NCBI GenBank assembly: GCA_038087875.1 | Contig: CM075993.1 | Location: 6,016,001-6,080,000, forward strand | Length of the DNA: 64,000 nt | Direction: 5' to 3' | Origin: Malacoraja senta | Lineage: Eukaryota | Shown: positions 46,543 to 59,458 of the stretch, piece by piece | Numbering within the stretch: position 1 is the stretch's first letter | Layout: every line of letters begins with the position of its first letter | The notes under the pieces: model-generated | Told to the model about the DNA's origin: nothing | What the model saw: only the letters and a program-made list of their open reading frames with translations | The model's database searches: none | Program-made: the position numbers and the translations under genes

Positions 46543-49500
46543 ATCTAGACGGTGATGTAGAGATCATTCTTTGTTCTTTATCTCTCTACATCATCATCTA
46601 TATCTCTTGTTTCCCTTTCCCCTAACTAGTCTGAAGAAGGGTCTCGACCAGAAACATCACCCATTCCTTCTCTCCAGAGATGCTGCCTGTCCTGCTGAGT
46701 TACTCCAGCTTTTTGTGCCTAACTTGAGCTTGATCATTGCTGGCTCCTTTATCCCGTCTGGGCTATGACCTCCATCTTTCCATGGTCATCGGTGCCAGCT
46801 CTGATGTGTTCTGTACCTATTCATACCTCAAGTTTCTCTATCTCCCTGACTCTCAGCCTGAAGAAGGGTCTCAGCCCAAAACATCACCTATCCACGTCTC
46901 CTATTCCTTTTCTCCAGAGATGGTGTCTTTTTTCACTTGGGCAGCTTACAACCCAGTGGTATGAATATTGATTTCTCTAACTTCAAGTAACCCTTGCAAC
47001 CTCTCTCCATCCTCTCCCCCATTCGTTGTTGTACAAGCTTCAAAGTTGTCTTGTTGAGTCTCATTGTCTGTAACTCATTCTCACCTAGCACACAATGGTC
47101 CGTCTCTTTTATCATCCTCACTTTTCTTGCACATCTTTGATTCATTTGTTCTATATCTCTCTGTATCGCCATCTATATCTCTTGTTTCCCTTTCCTCTGA
47201 CTCTCAGACTGAAGAAGGGTCTCAACCCAAAACGTCACCCATTCCTTTTCTCCAGAGATGCTGTCTGACCTGCAGTTACTCTAGCTTTTTGTCTTGTCTT
47301 CGGTTTAACCCAACATCTGCAGTTCATGCCTACACATCGCCTATCCATGTTCCGAAGGGATGCTGCCTGACCCGCTGAGTTCTTCCAGCACTTTGTGTTT
47401 TTAGTACTTTCTTGTACCTTCAGATCAGTTCATTATCATATACATCAGGGTGCAACAAAATTCCTTGTTCACATGAAGCTCGTAAAGTAAATATATAATG
47501 CATGTAGTATTGATTCATACCATGACAAGTGCAAAACTGAATGCTGTAAGGCAGTGGCGCAGCGGTAGAGCTGCTGCCTCACAGCGCCAGAGACCCAAGT
47601 TCGATTCTGACTACGGGTGCTGTCCGTACAGTTTGTACGTTCTCCCTGTGACTGCCTGGGTTTCCTCCCACATTCAATAGACAATAGACAATAGGTGCAG
47701 GAGTAGGCCATTCAGCCCTTCGAGCCAGCACCGCCATTCAATGTGATCATGGCTGATCATCCCCAATCAGTACCCCGTTCCTGCCTTCTCCCCATATCCC
47801 CTGACTCCGGTATTTTTATGAGCCCTATCTAGCTCTCTCTTGAAAGCATCCATAGACGTGCAGTGGTTAATTTGGCTCTGTAAATTGCCCCTTGTGTGTA
47901 GGATGTGAATGCGTGGATAACATGGAACTAGTATGAATAGGTGATCAATGGTCAGCTTAGACTTTAAGTGGGCCGAAGGGCCTTTTTCGCCGCTGTATCT
48001 TTATACTATGGTGCAATCTGGGAAATAAATGCAATAATGAAATAATTGAATGTCGATTAAAAGTATTTGCCATCTTGTCCAGGAAGCAGGTGTTCAGGAG
48101 GTGATTAGTTCAGGGATCTGTTAGCCATGGGCAGGCTTTTTCTGTGACGGTACATGCCAGTACTGGCACCTCCGGAAAGTTAAACATCATTATTTCGTTT
48201 TTTTGCAATGTGACACATGTGTTCATTAATCATGCATTCGGGCACCAGCGGTGGAGGCCTTCAACAATATCGCCTGGCCAGGCCAACCCCAGGACAACAG
48301 GCCTTTATGGCCAAAATAAAACTCTAACATTTGAACAATTCTGAACTCGAGGGGTACAAGATGGTGCCAGGAACATGGCAACTCTTGTGTACTACCTCAA
48401 TGTAATCTACTATCCTTACACTTTTGCTCTTAAGTACGAATGTGCCTACGTATTGCAAGATTTTTACTGAACTGTATGCAAAAAAGAAAAAACCCAATGG
48501 TACCTGTGACAATAAAGTACCATTGAAAACTGGCCATTGGAGTCGAGTGAATCACTTGAGGAATAAAGGAGGAGTGTAGGAATACATTTATGAGAGAAAT
48601 CAGAAGATCAAAAAGGGGACGAGGGATAGCTCTGTCAAGGAAGATAAAGAAAAACCCAAAGAGTAGCCACAAATATATTCAGGTCAAAAGACTAAATAGG
48701 GTGAGAATAAGGCCCCTTGAGGCTCAATGAGATCACCAATGCGTGCAGCAGCCACAGAACATGGGAAAGCTGTTAAAGGAATATTTCTCATCTGTATTTA
48801 TGGTGGAGAAAGACATTGATGCTAAGGAACCCGGACAGGTTAACACTGTGGAAGAGAGTTCACAACCCAGAAGAGGAGGTACTGAAGGTCTTAAAGGTGG
48901 TAATTGACCAATAAGTAGATAACTAAATCAGGGTACATAAGCCTGATGAAGGGTCTCGACCCGAAACGTCACCCATTCCTTCTCTCCAGAGATGCTGCCT
49001 GACCCGCTGAGTTATTGAAGCTTTTTGTGTCTACAAATAATCAAATGGCAAATGGTAAATAAGCCATTTAGAACTGAGACGAGGAAACACTTTTTCTCAC
49101 AGTGGTGAGTCAGTGGAATTCTCTGCCTCAGAGAGCGGTGGAGGCAGGTTCTCTGGATGCTTTCAAGAGAGAGCTAGATAGGGCTCTTAAAAATAGCGGA
49201 GTCCGGGGATATGGGGAGAAGGCAGGAACGGGGTACTGATTGGGGATGATCAGCCATGATCACATTGAATGGCTCGACGGGCCAAATGGCCTACTCCTGC
49301 ACCTAGTGTCTATTGTAATCCAGAATAAATATATCCAGAGCAGTCCTGACTACCTTTGATCGGACTTTACTGGCTTTACCTGGCACTAAATGTTATTCCT
49401 TTATCATGTATCTGTGACACTGCGAATGGCTCGATTGTAATCATGTATTATCTTTCCGCTGGCTGGTCACGCAACAAAAGGTTTTCGCTCTACCTCAGTG

Positions 49501-51979
49501 CATGCGACAATAAACTAAACTCAATTGCAGGGCTCAGATGTTTGTATCATCGACACCCATGGGAGAGGTGCTGGATGACATGAGCAGGGCTGATGTTGTG
49601 CCTCTATTTAAGAAAGGTTGCAAGGAGGTACCCCTGCACTTCTAGTCCAAAGTCAACAGATAGGATAGATAGATGTGCATTGGAGGAATACCAGAGCTGT
49701 TCAACTAATCAGGCAGAAACAATATGGATAATTATTTAAAGCTGTGAGAATTCTCATCACTGAGTCATTGCAGGTCTCAAAATAAAATGAGATAATGTCA
49801 AATGATGACATTAAAAACAGTTTTTAACAGTGTTCCATGCCTGATACGTCCTCCTCCAAAGGCCACCAAATACATTTGATATATTTCTGTGTGGATGCGT
49901 CATCATTTGACATTATCTCTTTTTATTTTTGAGACCTGCAAATGGCTCAGTGATGAGAATTGCAGATGCTGGTTTAAACCGAAGATAGACACAAAATGCT
50001 GGAGTAACTCAGCGGGCCAGGCAGCATCTCTGGAGAGAAGGAATGGGTGACGTCTCGGGTCAAGACCCTTCTTCAGACTGAAAGTCACGGGAGAGGGAAA
50101 CGAGAGATATAGACTGATGATGTAGAGAGATATGGAACAAATGAATGAAAGATGTGCAAAAAAATAACAATGATAAAGGAAACAGGCCATTGTTAGCTGT
50201 GTGCTAGGTGAGAATGAGAGGCTGGTGTGACTTGGGTGGGGGAGCGATGGAGAGAGAGGGAATGCAAGTTAGATAAATCAATATTCAACCCCTGGGTTGT
50301 AAGCTACCCAAGCGAAATATGAGATGCTGTTCCTCCAATTACTCCAAAAACTGGTCAATCTGTAACATAGGAAATGAGCCCAGCAATTTGCACACAGCAA
50401 GCCCCACAGACACTAATGCGATAAAGTTGGGATTTCGACTGTTATATTAGTTCCAGGACACCAAGAGTTTATTTTCTTTCAACAGCACAATGTATCTGAG
50501 CCGATGTGTTCATCTAAAGCCTCATCTGAAGGACGGTCCCACCATCAATGTGGCCCTCCCTCAGTACAGCATGGGGATCAGCAGCCTAGTAATCACGGCT
50601 CACTCTCTGCTCATCTTTGAGGTGGGACTTGAACTCACTGATTCACTGAATCTGAGACGAGAATTCCACCCACTGGCTGATGTTGTGATGGATCTTTCAA
50701 TAACTTGCTTTAATTATCCATGAGAAAATTTGTTGACGTACCTCAATCAATTACAACATCCCCTGGTTGATAACAATCTAAGGTTACAGCACTGTAATCA
50801 TAAGGTCATAGGGAATATGAGTAGAATTAGGCCATTTGGCCCATCCAGTCTACTCCACCATTTAAACTTGGCCGACCTATCTCTCCCTCCTAACCCCATT
50901 CTCCTGCCTGCTCCCCATAACCTCTAACACCTGCACTAATCAAGAAATACAATGATGGACAGGATACACAAGGGATGTGGGCTGCTTCGGTGAATAGACG
51001 AATTAGCCGCTCAAGCCTTTTTGCTGCTTAATTAAAATATGATGATATGCATTTGAACACCATTTATAAACACAAAATGCTGGAGTAACTCAACGGGCCA
51101 GGCAACATCTCTGACCTGACTCGCTGAATTACTCCAGCATTTCCAGTCTATCTTCGGTATAACGCACCATCTGCAGTTCCTTCCTAAATATTTCAACACC
51201 ATGTACCTGCCTTGATTCCATAACTTTGCAAACCTTGTTTTTTTCTCTCGTTTATTATATTGTTTACAGTGTACTATGTTTACATATTCTGTTGTGCTGC
51301 TGCAAGTAAGAATTTCATTGTTCTATCTGGGACATATGGCGTTTCGACCCGAAACGTTGCCTATTTCCTTCGCTCCATAGATGCTGCCTCACCCGCTGAG
51401 TTTCTCCAGCATTTTAGTCCACCCACTGACAAAAAAACACTATTGTCTCTTGAACTGCCTGAATTGATGGATGGGTAGCCTGTATCAGAATAAGTCGAAT
51501 TATGTAAATTTTAATACTTACCCTGAAGCATGTAGCTTCAGGCTACTTTCAATCAACTAAACACAAGCAAGATTTAAACTGCAATCTTCTGCCGTTTTAA
51601 TGATTTTTCTATATTGATCACAGCATCGCCTGCTGGGCAGACAGATGGACATTGTGACAACTCACTACAGCCCTCAGTGTTTCTGTCCCCAGGCATCTGA
51701 ATAAGCATTCCAAGTTTGCCAGAAGATCAGCTGACAGTAAAAAGACACTTCTCACACTTTTTGTCTTTTCATTTCTGGCTTTTATCCAACCATCTGCCTA
51801 TCATACCCCCCCACCTCACCTGTATCCACCTATCACTCGCCAGGTTTTTGTCCTGCCCCCTCTCATCCAGTTTTATCCTCTCCCACCACGGCCAGTCTGA
51901 AGAAGGGTCCTGACCGGAAACGTCACCTATCCATGATCTCCAGAGATGCTGCCTGACCCGCTTAGTTACTCCAGTGTTT

Positions 51980-52293
51980 AATTTGGTTTAGTTTAGAGAT
52001 ACAGTGCGGAAACAGGCCCTTCGGCCCACTGGGTCCGCGCCGACCAGCGATCCCCGTGTATTAACACTATTCTACGCCCACTAGGGACAATTTTTCCATT
52101 TACCAAGCCAATTAACCTACATACCTGTACGTCTTTGGAGTGTGGGACGAAACTGAAGATCTCGGAGAAAACCCACGCAGGTCACGGGGAGAATGTACAA
52201 ACTCCGTACAGACAGCACCCATAGTCGGGATCGAACCCGGGTCTCCGGCGCTGCATTCGCTGTAGGGCAGTGACTCTATTGCTGCGCCACCGT
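51980..52293 (-). mobile_element. tRNA-derived SINE (HE1-like chondrichthyan SINE), representative copy
   Basis: tRNA-like head (GGCGCAGC...GGGTTCGATCC), conserved body and (CTAAA)n tail. Other copies at about 13090-13375, 21680-21975, 26655-26920, 27670-27970, 32440-32670, 34345-34630, 34862-35108, 40275-40870, 47550-48000, 53680-53990, 54890-55100, 61600-61890. Confidence 0.85.
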
Positions 52294-54491
52294 GTTGATA
52301 CTGGGTTACTCCAGTTACTCTTCTGTTGTTTTAATTTAGCAAAATGAAAGTACTTTATTTGGACTACAATTAAAAAACATACCATTTTTATTGATTTGGC
52401 TTACTTTGTGAAACATTTAGAAAAGCATTTATAGATTTTGTTCAACGAATAGACAAACTGTGCGCCCTCCCCGCCCGCCCCGCGTTGTTGAGTGCCCTTC
52501 CAGTCACACCCAGCGCAGTAACCTCCAACAGCTTCCAACAGAAAATCTTTTCTGTTCTCTTCTCAGTCCGTGATCAGATCCCGGGGCACTTTTTCCTCAC
52601 CCCACCCTGAAGAGAAGGAACTTTCAAATGGCAAAAACGTCATCAGGCAATGAAACAGTTCTCAGGGTTGTAGTGGAAAGGAAATCCAGCAGTGATCTGT
52701 GTCTCGGGATCAATTCAGTCGTCTGACAGGGAAGAATGGGTGAAAGTTGTTACTGACAATCTCACAAAGTCATTCATTTTCTCCGCACAGTTATACTTTG
52801 GCTACCCTCCTCCCCTACAAATAGTCTGAAGATGAGTCCCAAGCCAAAACGTCACCCATCCATGTTCTCCAGTGATGCTGCATGAGTTACTCCAGCACTT
52901 TGTGTCTTTACTTTGCTACAGATTTGCTGCAATTGCCTTCTTCAACTAGGGCACAGATCACAGGACACTGACACAAGCCTGGCAGCTGATAGCTTTGGCT
53001 ATGCCTCTGATACCCCTGGAGTTTAATAGTCTGGTATCGTTCATTACCCAGGACGCAGATGGTTGAATCTGGTCCCCATTGAAAAGTTCCCCGAGAAGCT
53101 GATGGAGGTTTGGGGAAACTGAAGACAGAGCTACTTTCCCCATCTCCCACTCCTCCAATGTATTCAATCGTGGAATATCGTTGGCAATATTGGCATTGAT
53201 TGTCCACCCACAATTATCCCTGTACCAACGATGAATCTATGAGGTGAAGATGGATGCAATTTCACATCACTGTACAGACAATAGATTTCTGTCCCTGACG
53301 AACATCAGTGAGAGAGATGGATTTTATAGAAATGTCTGGATTTCCAGTCCACAACATTGAACAATATTGATTCAATATTGAATACAGCCCTTCCTAATTA
53401 ACTTCTGCATGTTCCAGTCTAGTACCATCAAAATACTGTCCCGCTGAGTTACTCCAGCTTTTTGTGTCTACCTAATACCATCAAAGTTGGCCTTGCCCCA
53501 AATAAGGATTTCAACTTTTGGACTACTCCTTTTCCATAACTATTTAAAAACAATACATCAAGGTACTGGTCCCAAAGTGCTCCTCCACCAATACTTCAGT
53601 CACCCGCCCTACCTTATTTTCCCAGACGTGGCCAAGTATTGCCCCTTCTCTAGTAGGCCCAATTATATTTAGTTTTGAGTTTGAGAGACACAGCATGGAA
53701 GCAGGCCCTTCGGCCCGACGAGTCTTTGCCAACCAGCGTTCCCCTGTACACTAGTTCCATCCTACACACTAGGGACAATTTACAGAAGCCAATTAACCTA
53801 CAAACCTGAACGTCTTTGGAATTTGGGAAGAAACCGGAACACCTGGAGAAAACCCACGTGGTCACAGGGAGAACCGTTTAATAGATTGCGGTGCTGGCTC
53901 GAAGGGCCGAGTGGCCTCCTCCTGCACCTATTTTCTATGTTTCTAACATGCAAACTTTGTATAGACTGCACCTGTACTCAGGATCAAACTCGGGTTTCCT
54001 GAAAAAGTTTCCTGAAATCACTTAACAAATTCCTCCCTAATTTTAAGAATAAGGAGTAAGCCATTTAGAACGGAGACGAGGAAACACTTTTTCTCACAGA
54101 GAGTGGTGAGTCTGTGGAATTCTCTGCCTCAGAGGGCGGTGGAGGCAGGTTCTCTGGATGCTTTCAAGAGAGAGCTAGATATGGCTCTTAAAAATAGCAG
54201 AGTCAGGGAATATGGGGAGAAGGCAGGAACGGGGTACTGATTGGGGATGATCAGCCATGATCACATTGAATGGCGGTGCTGGCTCTAAAGGGCCAAATGG
54301 CCTGCTCCTGCACCTATTGTCTATCGTCTATTGTCTAATCAAGCCCTTTGCATTATGGCAGTCCCAGTCAAAAGGTAAAACCCCATTATGACCAACATAT
54401 TCTTGCAGTTAAATGTTGATCACCATAAATATCAGAGTTGCAAGACTAAACTTTTCCACATGCAGCACTCTCACTGAAAGTACTTTAAGAC

Positions 54492-54830
54492 TTACCTGCT
54501 GATGTCAGCCTGAAACAAGCTCAGGAAGTTTGTACGTCTGGTTAGGTGTGCTCGCTGGTTCATGGGGGCTCGGGCTGAGATCACCGTTAGCTCGTGGCTT
54601 GAAGGGTTGATGGTATTGATCTTCATGTTCCACATGTTGGTACTGTTGCTCGTGCCACTCAATCGCACCCTGCTCACCGCGCTGCTCTGGCTCGCTCCCC
54701 TCGAGTCTTTTGATTGCAGAAGCGAGGTTTCTGTGCAGAAGCACAGTGTAATCAATGGACTCCTCTCTCCCCACAACCCCACTGCCTCCATCTTGGATTC
54801 TGTACCACCCAGGATCTGGCTGCTCTCCAG
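54492..54830 (-). CDS. Possible terminal exon of the TTLL13-like gene (acceptor and frame unresolved)
   Basis: Unique, coding-like open frame ...SHELTVISARAPMNQRAHLTRRTNFLSLFQADISR ending at AG|GTAAGT, which is either a stop or a donor. Confidence 0.35.
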   Translation of the reverse strand: MESSQILGGTESKMEAVGLWGERSPLITLCFCTETSLLQSKDSRGASQSSAVSRVRLSGTSNSTNMWNMKINTINPSSHELTVISARAPMNQRAHLTRRTNFLSLFQADISR

Positions 54831-56525
54831 TCTCAGGATATTAATACATTTTATAATACTTATTTATCACAAAAACCGGCAGTACTTTGTTTAGTTTAGA
54901 GATATAGCATGGAAACAGGCCTTTCAGCCCACCTAGTCCATGCCGACCATCAATCACCCATTCATGTTCTCCCACTTTCCCATTCCCTACACACTAGGGA
55001 CAATTTACAGAGGCCAATCAACCTACAAACCCGCATGTCTCTGGGATGTGGCAGGAAACCCATACAGTCACAGGGACAACATGCAAACTCCACACAGGCA
55101 GAAAGTGCTGGAGTAACTCATCGGGTCAGGCAGCATCTCTGGAGAACATGGATAGGTGACGTCTAGGGTCAGGTTTGAGAATCAGTCTGAAGAAGGGTCC
55201 TGACCTGAAACGTCACCTATCCATGTTCTCCAGGGATGTTGCCTCACCCGCTGAGTTACTCCAGAACATTGTCTCTTTTTTTTTGTAAATGAGCATCTGC
55301 AATTCCTTGTGTCTACTTCTTGGGAGGAGTTAGTTTGAACTGTGTTGCTCCAGAATCCTACTTTTTCCACCTTTAAGGGCCTGTCCCACTTTCCCGAGCT
55401 GCTCACGAATTCTCCCGAGTTTTCCCCTTGATTCAAACTCGGAGAATGTTCGTAACGGGTCCGTAGGAGTCCGTAGATACATCGTAGCGGCTCGTTATGT
55501 CAGCTGTAGGTACTCGGGGCATTAAATGTTGCAATTTTTCTCCTCCCGACTTATCTTTTTACTCGTGGACATTTTTTGTCATGCTGGAAAAAACGTCCCG
55601 ACTTACCTGATGCCCCGAGTACCTACGTCCCTCCACTTATAACATCTATTAAAGTAGGGTTCATCTGAAGAAGGGTCTCGATCTGAAACGCTACCCATCC
55701 TTTTTCTCCACAGATGCTGCCTTACCTGCTGAGTTTCTCCAGCAATTTGTGTCCATCTAGGGTTATTGTAATCCAGTTTGGAACTCACTGCCTGACAAGT
55801 GAGAGAGGCAAAAACCTTTACCACACTTATCCTTGAGGGGACCAGATTCAGGGTTAATGACCAAGCACTGGGAGGTGACTGTCAAAAATAAATTGCAAAG
55901 CTTCAAGAAGACAGTAAGGGATAGGGGTGGGTAGAGTGCTTAAAATGTTTAAAGTCCTCTTCATGTGTTAGAATAATTCTGTGCTTTAAAGAAAGTTGAA
56001 ACGGTACATGTGTACCTGACACTTACCGCAGTCTACTTCAGTCAGATTCTGTTCTCTGTTGTAAATGGCAATCGTAAAACAATAAAATAAGGTCGAAAGG
56101 GTGACAGGACATTTACTTCTCTGTAATGGGGTGGAATTTGGCTGTGTTTACTCTTCTGTGTTTTCCGGAGGTGCATGGTCTATAAGTGATATAAGACCAA
56201 TTGGAAGAAGGAAAAGTCCTAAAGTGCTTGCTACAGTAAACCACACATCAGAGGGAAATTCTGCATATGAGTAGATAATTCTTTGTTCGTTGAACAATCT
56301 GCTAGATTGTACCCCGTGATCACTGTATTTGATGCTCTTAATAAATTCTTGATTGCTTTGCCCGAGATCGTGTGTTTAAAGTTTTCTTTAACAGTGACAA
56401 CAGGCTGAGGAGCCCTCTTCTTGCTAGTATGGAGATGATGGGCTGAATGGACTATGTGGTAAAAAAATTCTATCAGTCTATGCAGCAATCTGACATGAAA
56501 ATGGTCAACGGCACCACGTTCTCAC

Positions 56526-56904
56526 CGGGAATTAGCTTGGCACTCACTGAACGAGGATACGCTGAAACCGCGTTGAGCTGTAACTCCGAGGGGCCCGCAG
56601 TCCTCATTGTGAGTGTGTCTAGTGATGGCGGCAACTGATTCCCGCCCATCCACGACAGGCCCCTGCGGGCGGGGAAGCGGCTGTGGAAACGGTTGAGCGG
56701 CATTCCGCTTCCGGGGTTGGAGTTCCCCTTCTGGCCGTGGTTGACGGAAGCCTGGGGAGGGAGCAGAGTCGACCAGTTCAAGGGCGGGTTGTTGAGACCT
56801 CCGAGCTCCGTCGTGCTGTTCCCCCCCATTGTGGCGTGGGAGCCAATGTACGCCAGCTCTTCCATCATCTGGTTGTGCCGGTATGTGCTGGGGTAAATAA
56901 TAGA
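56526..56904 (-). CDS. TTLL13: Probable next TTLL13-like exon (donor at 56548 or 56526)
   Basis: Good acceptor (tttctttcgtatttcag), phase 0, open CpG-rich unique frame SIIYPSTYRHNQMMEELAYIG...; two candidate GTGAG donors. Confidence 0.55.
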
Positions 56905-57004
56905 CTGAAATACGAAAGAAACACCCAGGATCAGCAACCACAGCAAACAAAGAGCTTGCTTACAAACTCAACCAAATCAAATTAAAAATATCTGTGTACT
57001 ATAA

Positions 57005-57380
57005 TGATAATTATAATAATAATAATAATAATATCTTTAATTGTCATTGCACATAAGTGCAACGAGATTTGGGTATGCAGCTTCCATCCGAAGTCATAAC
57101 TTAAATAACTAATAAAATTTAGATTTAGATACCCCGAGAACATGGTTTGTAAAAAGAACATTAAAACAGTAAAACAGACTAAAGTGCAGATGTGTCCGTG
57201 CGACGTGACCATCCGAGGGAGACAGTTCATGGGGTGGGGGGCACTCAGCAGGGCCGGTTCAGAGCAGCTATAGCTCTGGGGATGAAGCTGTTCCTGAGTC
57301 TGGAGGTGCGGGCTTAAAAGGCCTTGTAACGTCTGCCGGAAGGAAGTAGTTCGAACAGTCCATTACAAGGGTGTGAGGAG
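57005..57380 (-). mobile_element. Rex1/Babar-type LINE 3' fragment
   Basis: Minus strand LPSGRRY...RTSRLRNSF motif and (ATT)n tail; similar remnants at about 24060-24160, 26110-26430, 39326-39410. Confidence 0.7.
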
Positions 57381-58479
57381 TCCCATTACAAGGGTGTAAA
57401 CAGTCCATTTACAACCTCTTCCATTCATTGCTCCGATTTAGAGTCGTACAGCACGGAAACAGGCCCTTTTGTCCAACTCATCCATGCAAACAAGATGCTC
57501 CATCTAAACTAGTCCCGCTTACCTGAGTTTGGCCCAAATCCCGTTAATCTTTCCTATCCATGTACCTGCCTTCTTCCATCCTTTTACATTTTTCTCATTT
57601 GTGAGGGTGCTGATTCAATTTGGCCAAGAGTTTGAAGCCACCTCTAGTGCCCACCTGTTGTTGCGCTAACATCAACCAACTTTAGACAGTGTAAACAAGT
57701 CAAGTCAACTTTATTTGTCACATACACACACATACAAGATGTACAGTGAAATGAAAGTGGCAACGCCTGCGGGTAGGGTGAGGCTTAACTAAACAGGCAT
57801 TTAGAGTCAACCTGAAGTGGTTCACTTGTCAACTAAACCACGTTCAGGATAAGAGAGGTCAAGGAAAGAGTGTTCACGTCGCGGCCCTGTTTCCACCAAT
57901 CTTTCCACCACCACGCACAAGAAGCACAAGACAGACACCATTGTATGCAGACGCCGAGAAGTGTGTTCAGCTCTGGCTGAACAACTTCTAATCTGGTGTG
58001 TGGACTCGATAGGAAGAAGAAGGTAGATAAGAGATGGCCTTGGCATTACATTTAGGATAGCAGTTTTTCTTCCCTGAAGGAAGCAAACACATTGGCTTCA
58101 ATGTCACTAAATTAGTTAATTACTCAAAATTAAATTACCTAGCCTTAATTCATATTGATGTCTCCAATCCTAGGCCTGACCTCTGGTTCCGATCCTTAGG
58201 CCTGACCTCTGGTTACTACTCCAGTAGTGCTGCCATTTTACCACTGTACTCATCGCTCCACAGGGTCTAGCAATAGATTAATCACCTAGCTCTGAACAAT
58301 ATGTTGTACTTTGAAAAAAACACAAGATTGCCAACCGGAAAAGTCACAACTCAGAAGCTGGTGTGAGAAATCCTACAGTTAAAAGCCATGTGGAGTTTGG
58401 AAGTAAAACTCAATGAAGGGAGGACTATAAACGAGCATCTAACCTGTGTTATTTTTGATCAGCTGCTAACACTAGTATG

Positions 58480-58624
58480 CAGTGGCGGACTGGGTCTAAA
58501 AATATTGGTTGCCAGGAGACAAATGGGGCCCACTTCATCAGGGGCCCGCTTGAAATAGGGGGCCCACTTCATCAGGGGCCCACTTGCCATCGGCAAAGCT
58601 GATACCCTGGCCAGTCCGCCACTA
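58480..58624. mobile_element. hAT MITE, 145 bp
   Basis: TIRs CAGTGGCGGACTGG / CCAGTCCGCCACTA; 8-bp TSD CTAGTATG; internal GGGGCCCACTT repeats. Confidence 0.88.
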
Positions 58625-59263
58625 CTAGTATGCTATCTGTACATTATCTGTACACTGCGGATGGCTCGATTGTAATCATGTATAGTCCTTCTGCTGAATG
58701 GTTGGCACGCAACAAAAGCTTTTCACTGTACCTCGGTAGACAGACAGATATGACAGTGTCGTTTAAGAGACTTCTGGATACGGAAATGCAGGGAATGGAT
58801 TATGTGCAGGTAGATAAGAGGGGGTCAAGGAAAGAGTGTTCACATCGCGGCCCTGTTTCCACCAATCTTTCCACCACCTCGCACAAGAAGCACAAGACAG
58901 ACACCATTGTATGCAGATGCCGAGAAGTGTGTTCAGCTCTGGCTGAACAACTTCTAATCTTGTGTGTGGACTCGATAAGAAGAAGAAGGAAGATAAGAGA
59001 TGGCCTTGGTATTACATTTGGCACAGACATTGTGGGCCGAAGGGCTGTGCTGTTCTATGTTCTACTTAGACAAGTCAAGTTCAATCTCGGCACCAATGGT
59101 GAATATAATCACTTAAAAGAGAAATATGAACACCCTCAATCCCAAAATGCATGGGACCACACACTCTGAGTTCAGGTGGGAATTTGCAAGGACAGGAAGG
59201 CAGTGCCACAAGAGTGCAACATTGAGAGATTACCCGCCAACTCAGCCGCTCGGTGTAACTCAC

Positions 59264-59458
59264 TTTATTCTGGTTGGTACCATATGGAGGAGCAGTTTGA
59301 ACACTGCCGCTCACGCCCGGAGTGTTTTGCAACACACGATAAACTTGCTCAATGACACCCAGAGCCCGGAGGAGGTTCTCCCGCTGCAGGAGCCCGCTGA
59401 GTCGCTGCAACTCCTCCTCGTAAATAATGTCCAGTGGCTTCATGATGTCCATGGCCTC
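59264..59458 (-). CDS. TTLL13: Tubulin polyglutamylase TTLL13/TTLL6-like, C-terminal region exon
   Basis: cag|EAMDIMKPLDIIYEEELQRLSGLLQRENLLRALGVIEQVYRVL...NQNK|gtgagt resembles the recalled TTLL13 EEELERMKALLQRETLIRSLGIVEQ segment. The position upstream of NGRN matches mammalian Ttll13-Ngrn order. Confidence 0.75.

Noticed and set aside
51515..51525. ATACTTACC resembling the U1 snRNA 5' end
   Set aside because: No downstream U1 sequence; it is simply the complement of a splice-donor-like motif, and no supported exon is attached.
55375..55640. Possible Harbinger-like element starting TAAGGGCCTGTCCCACTT
   Set aside because: No matching right TIR or TSD found, so the boundaries are unsupported.
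56028..56056. Possible micro-exon of the TTLL13-like gene (acag...GCG|gtaagt)
   Set aside because: Splice signals are plausible, but frame continuity and homology cannot be established without transcripts.
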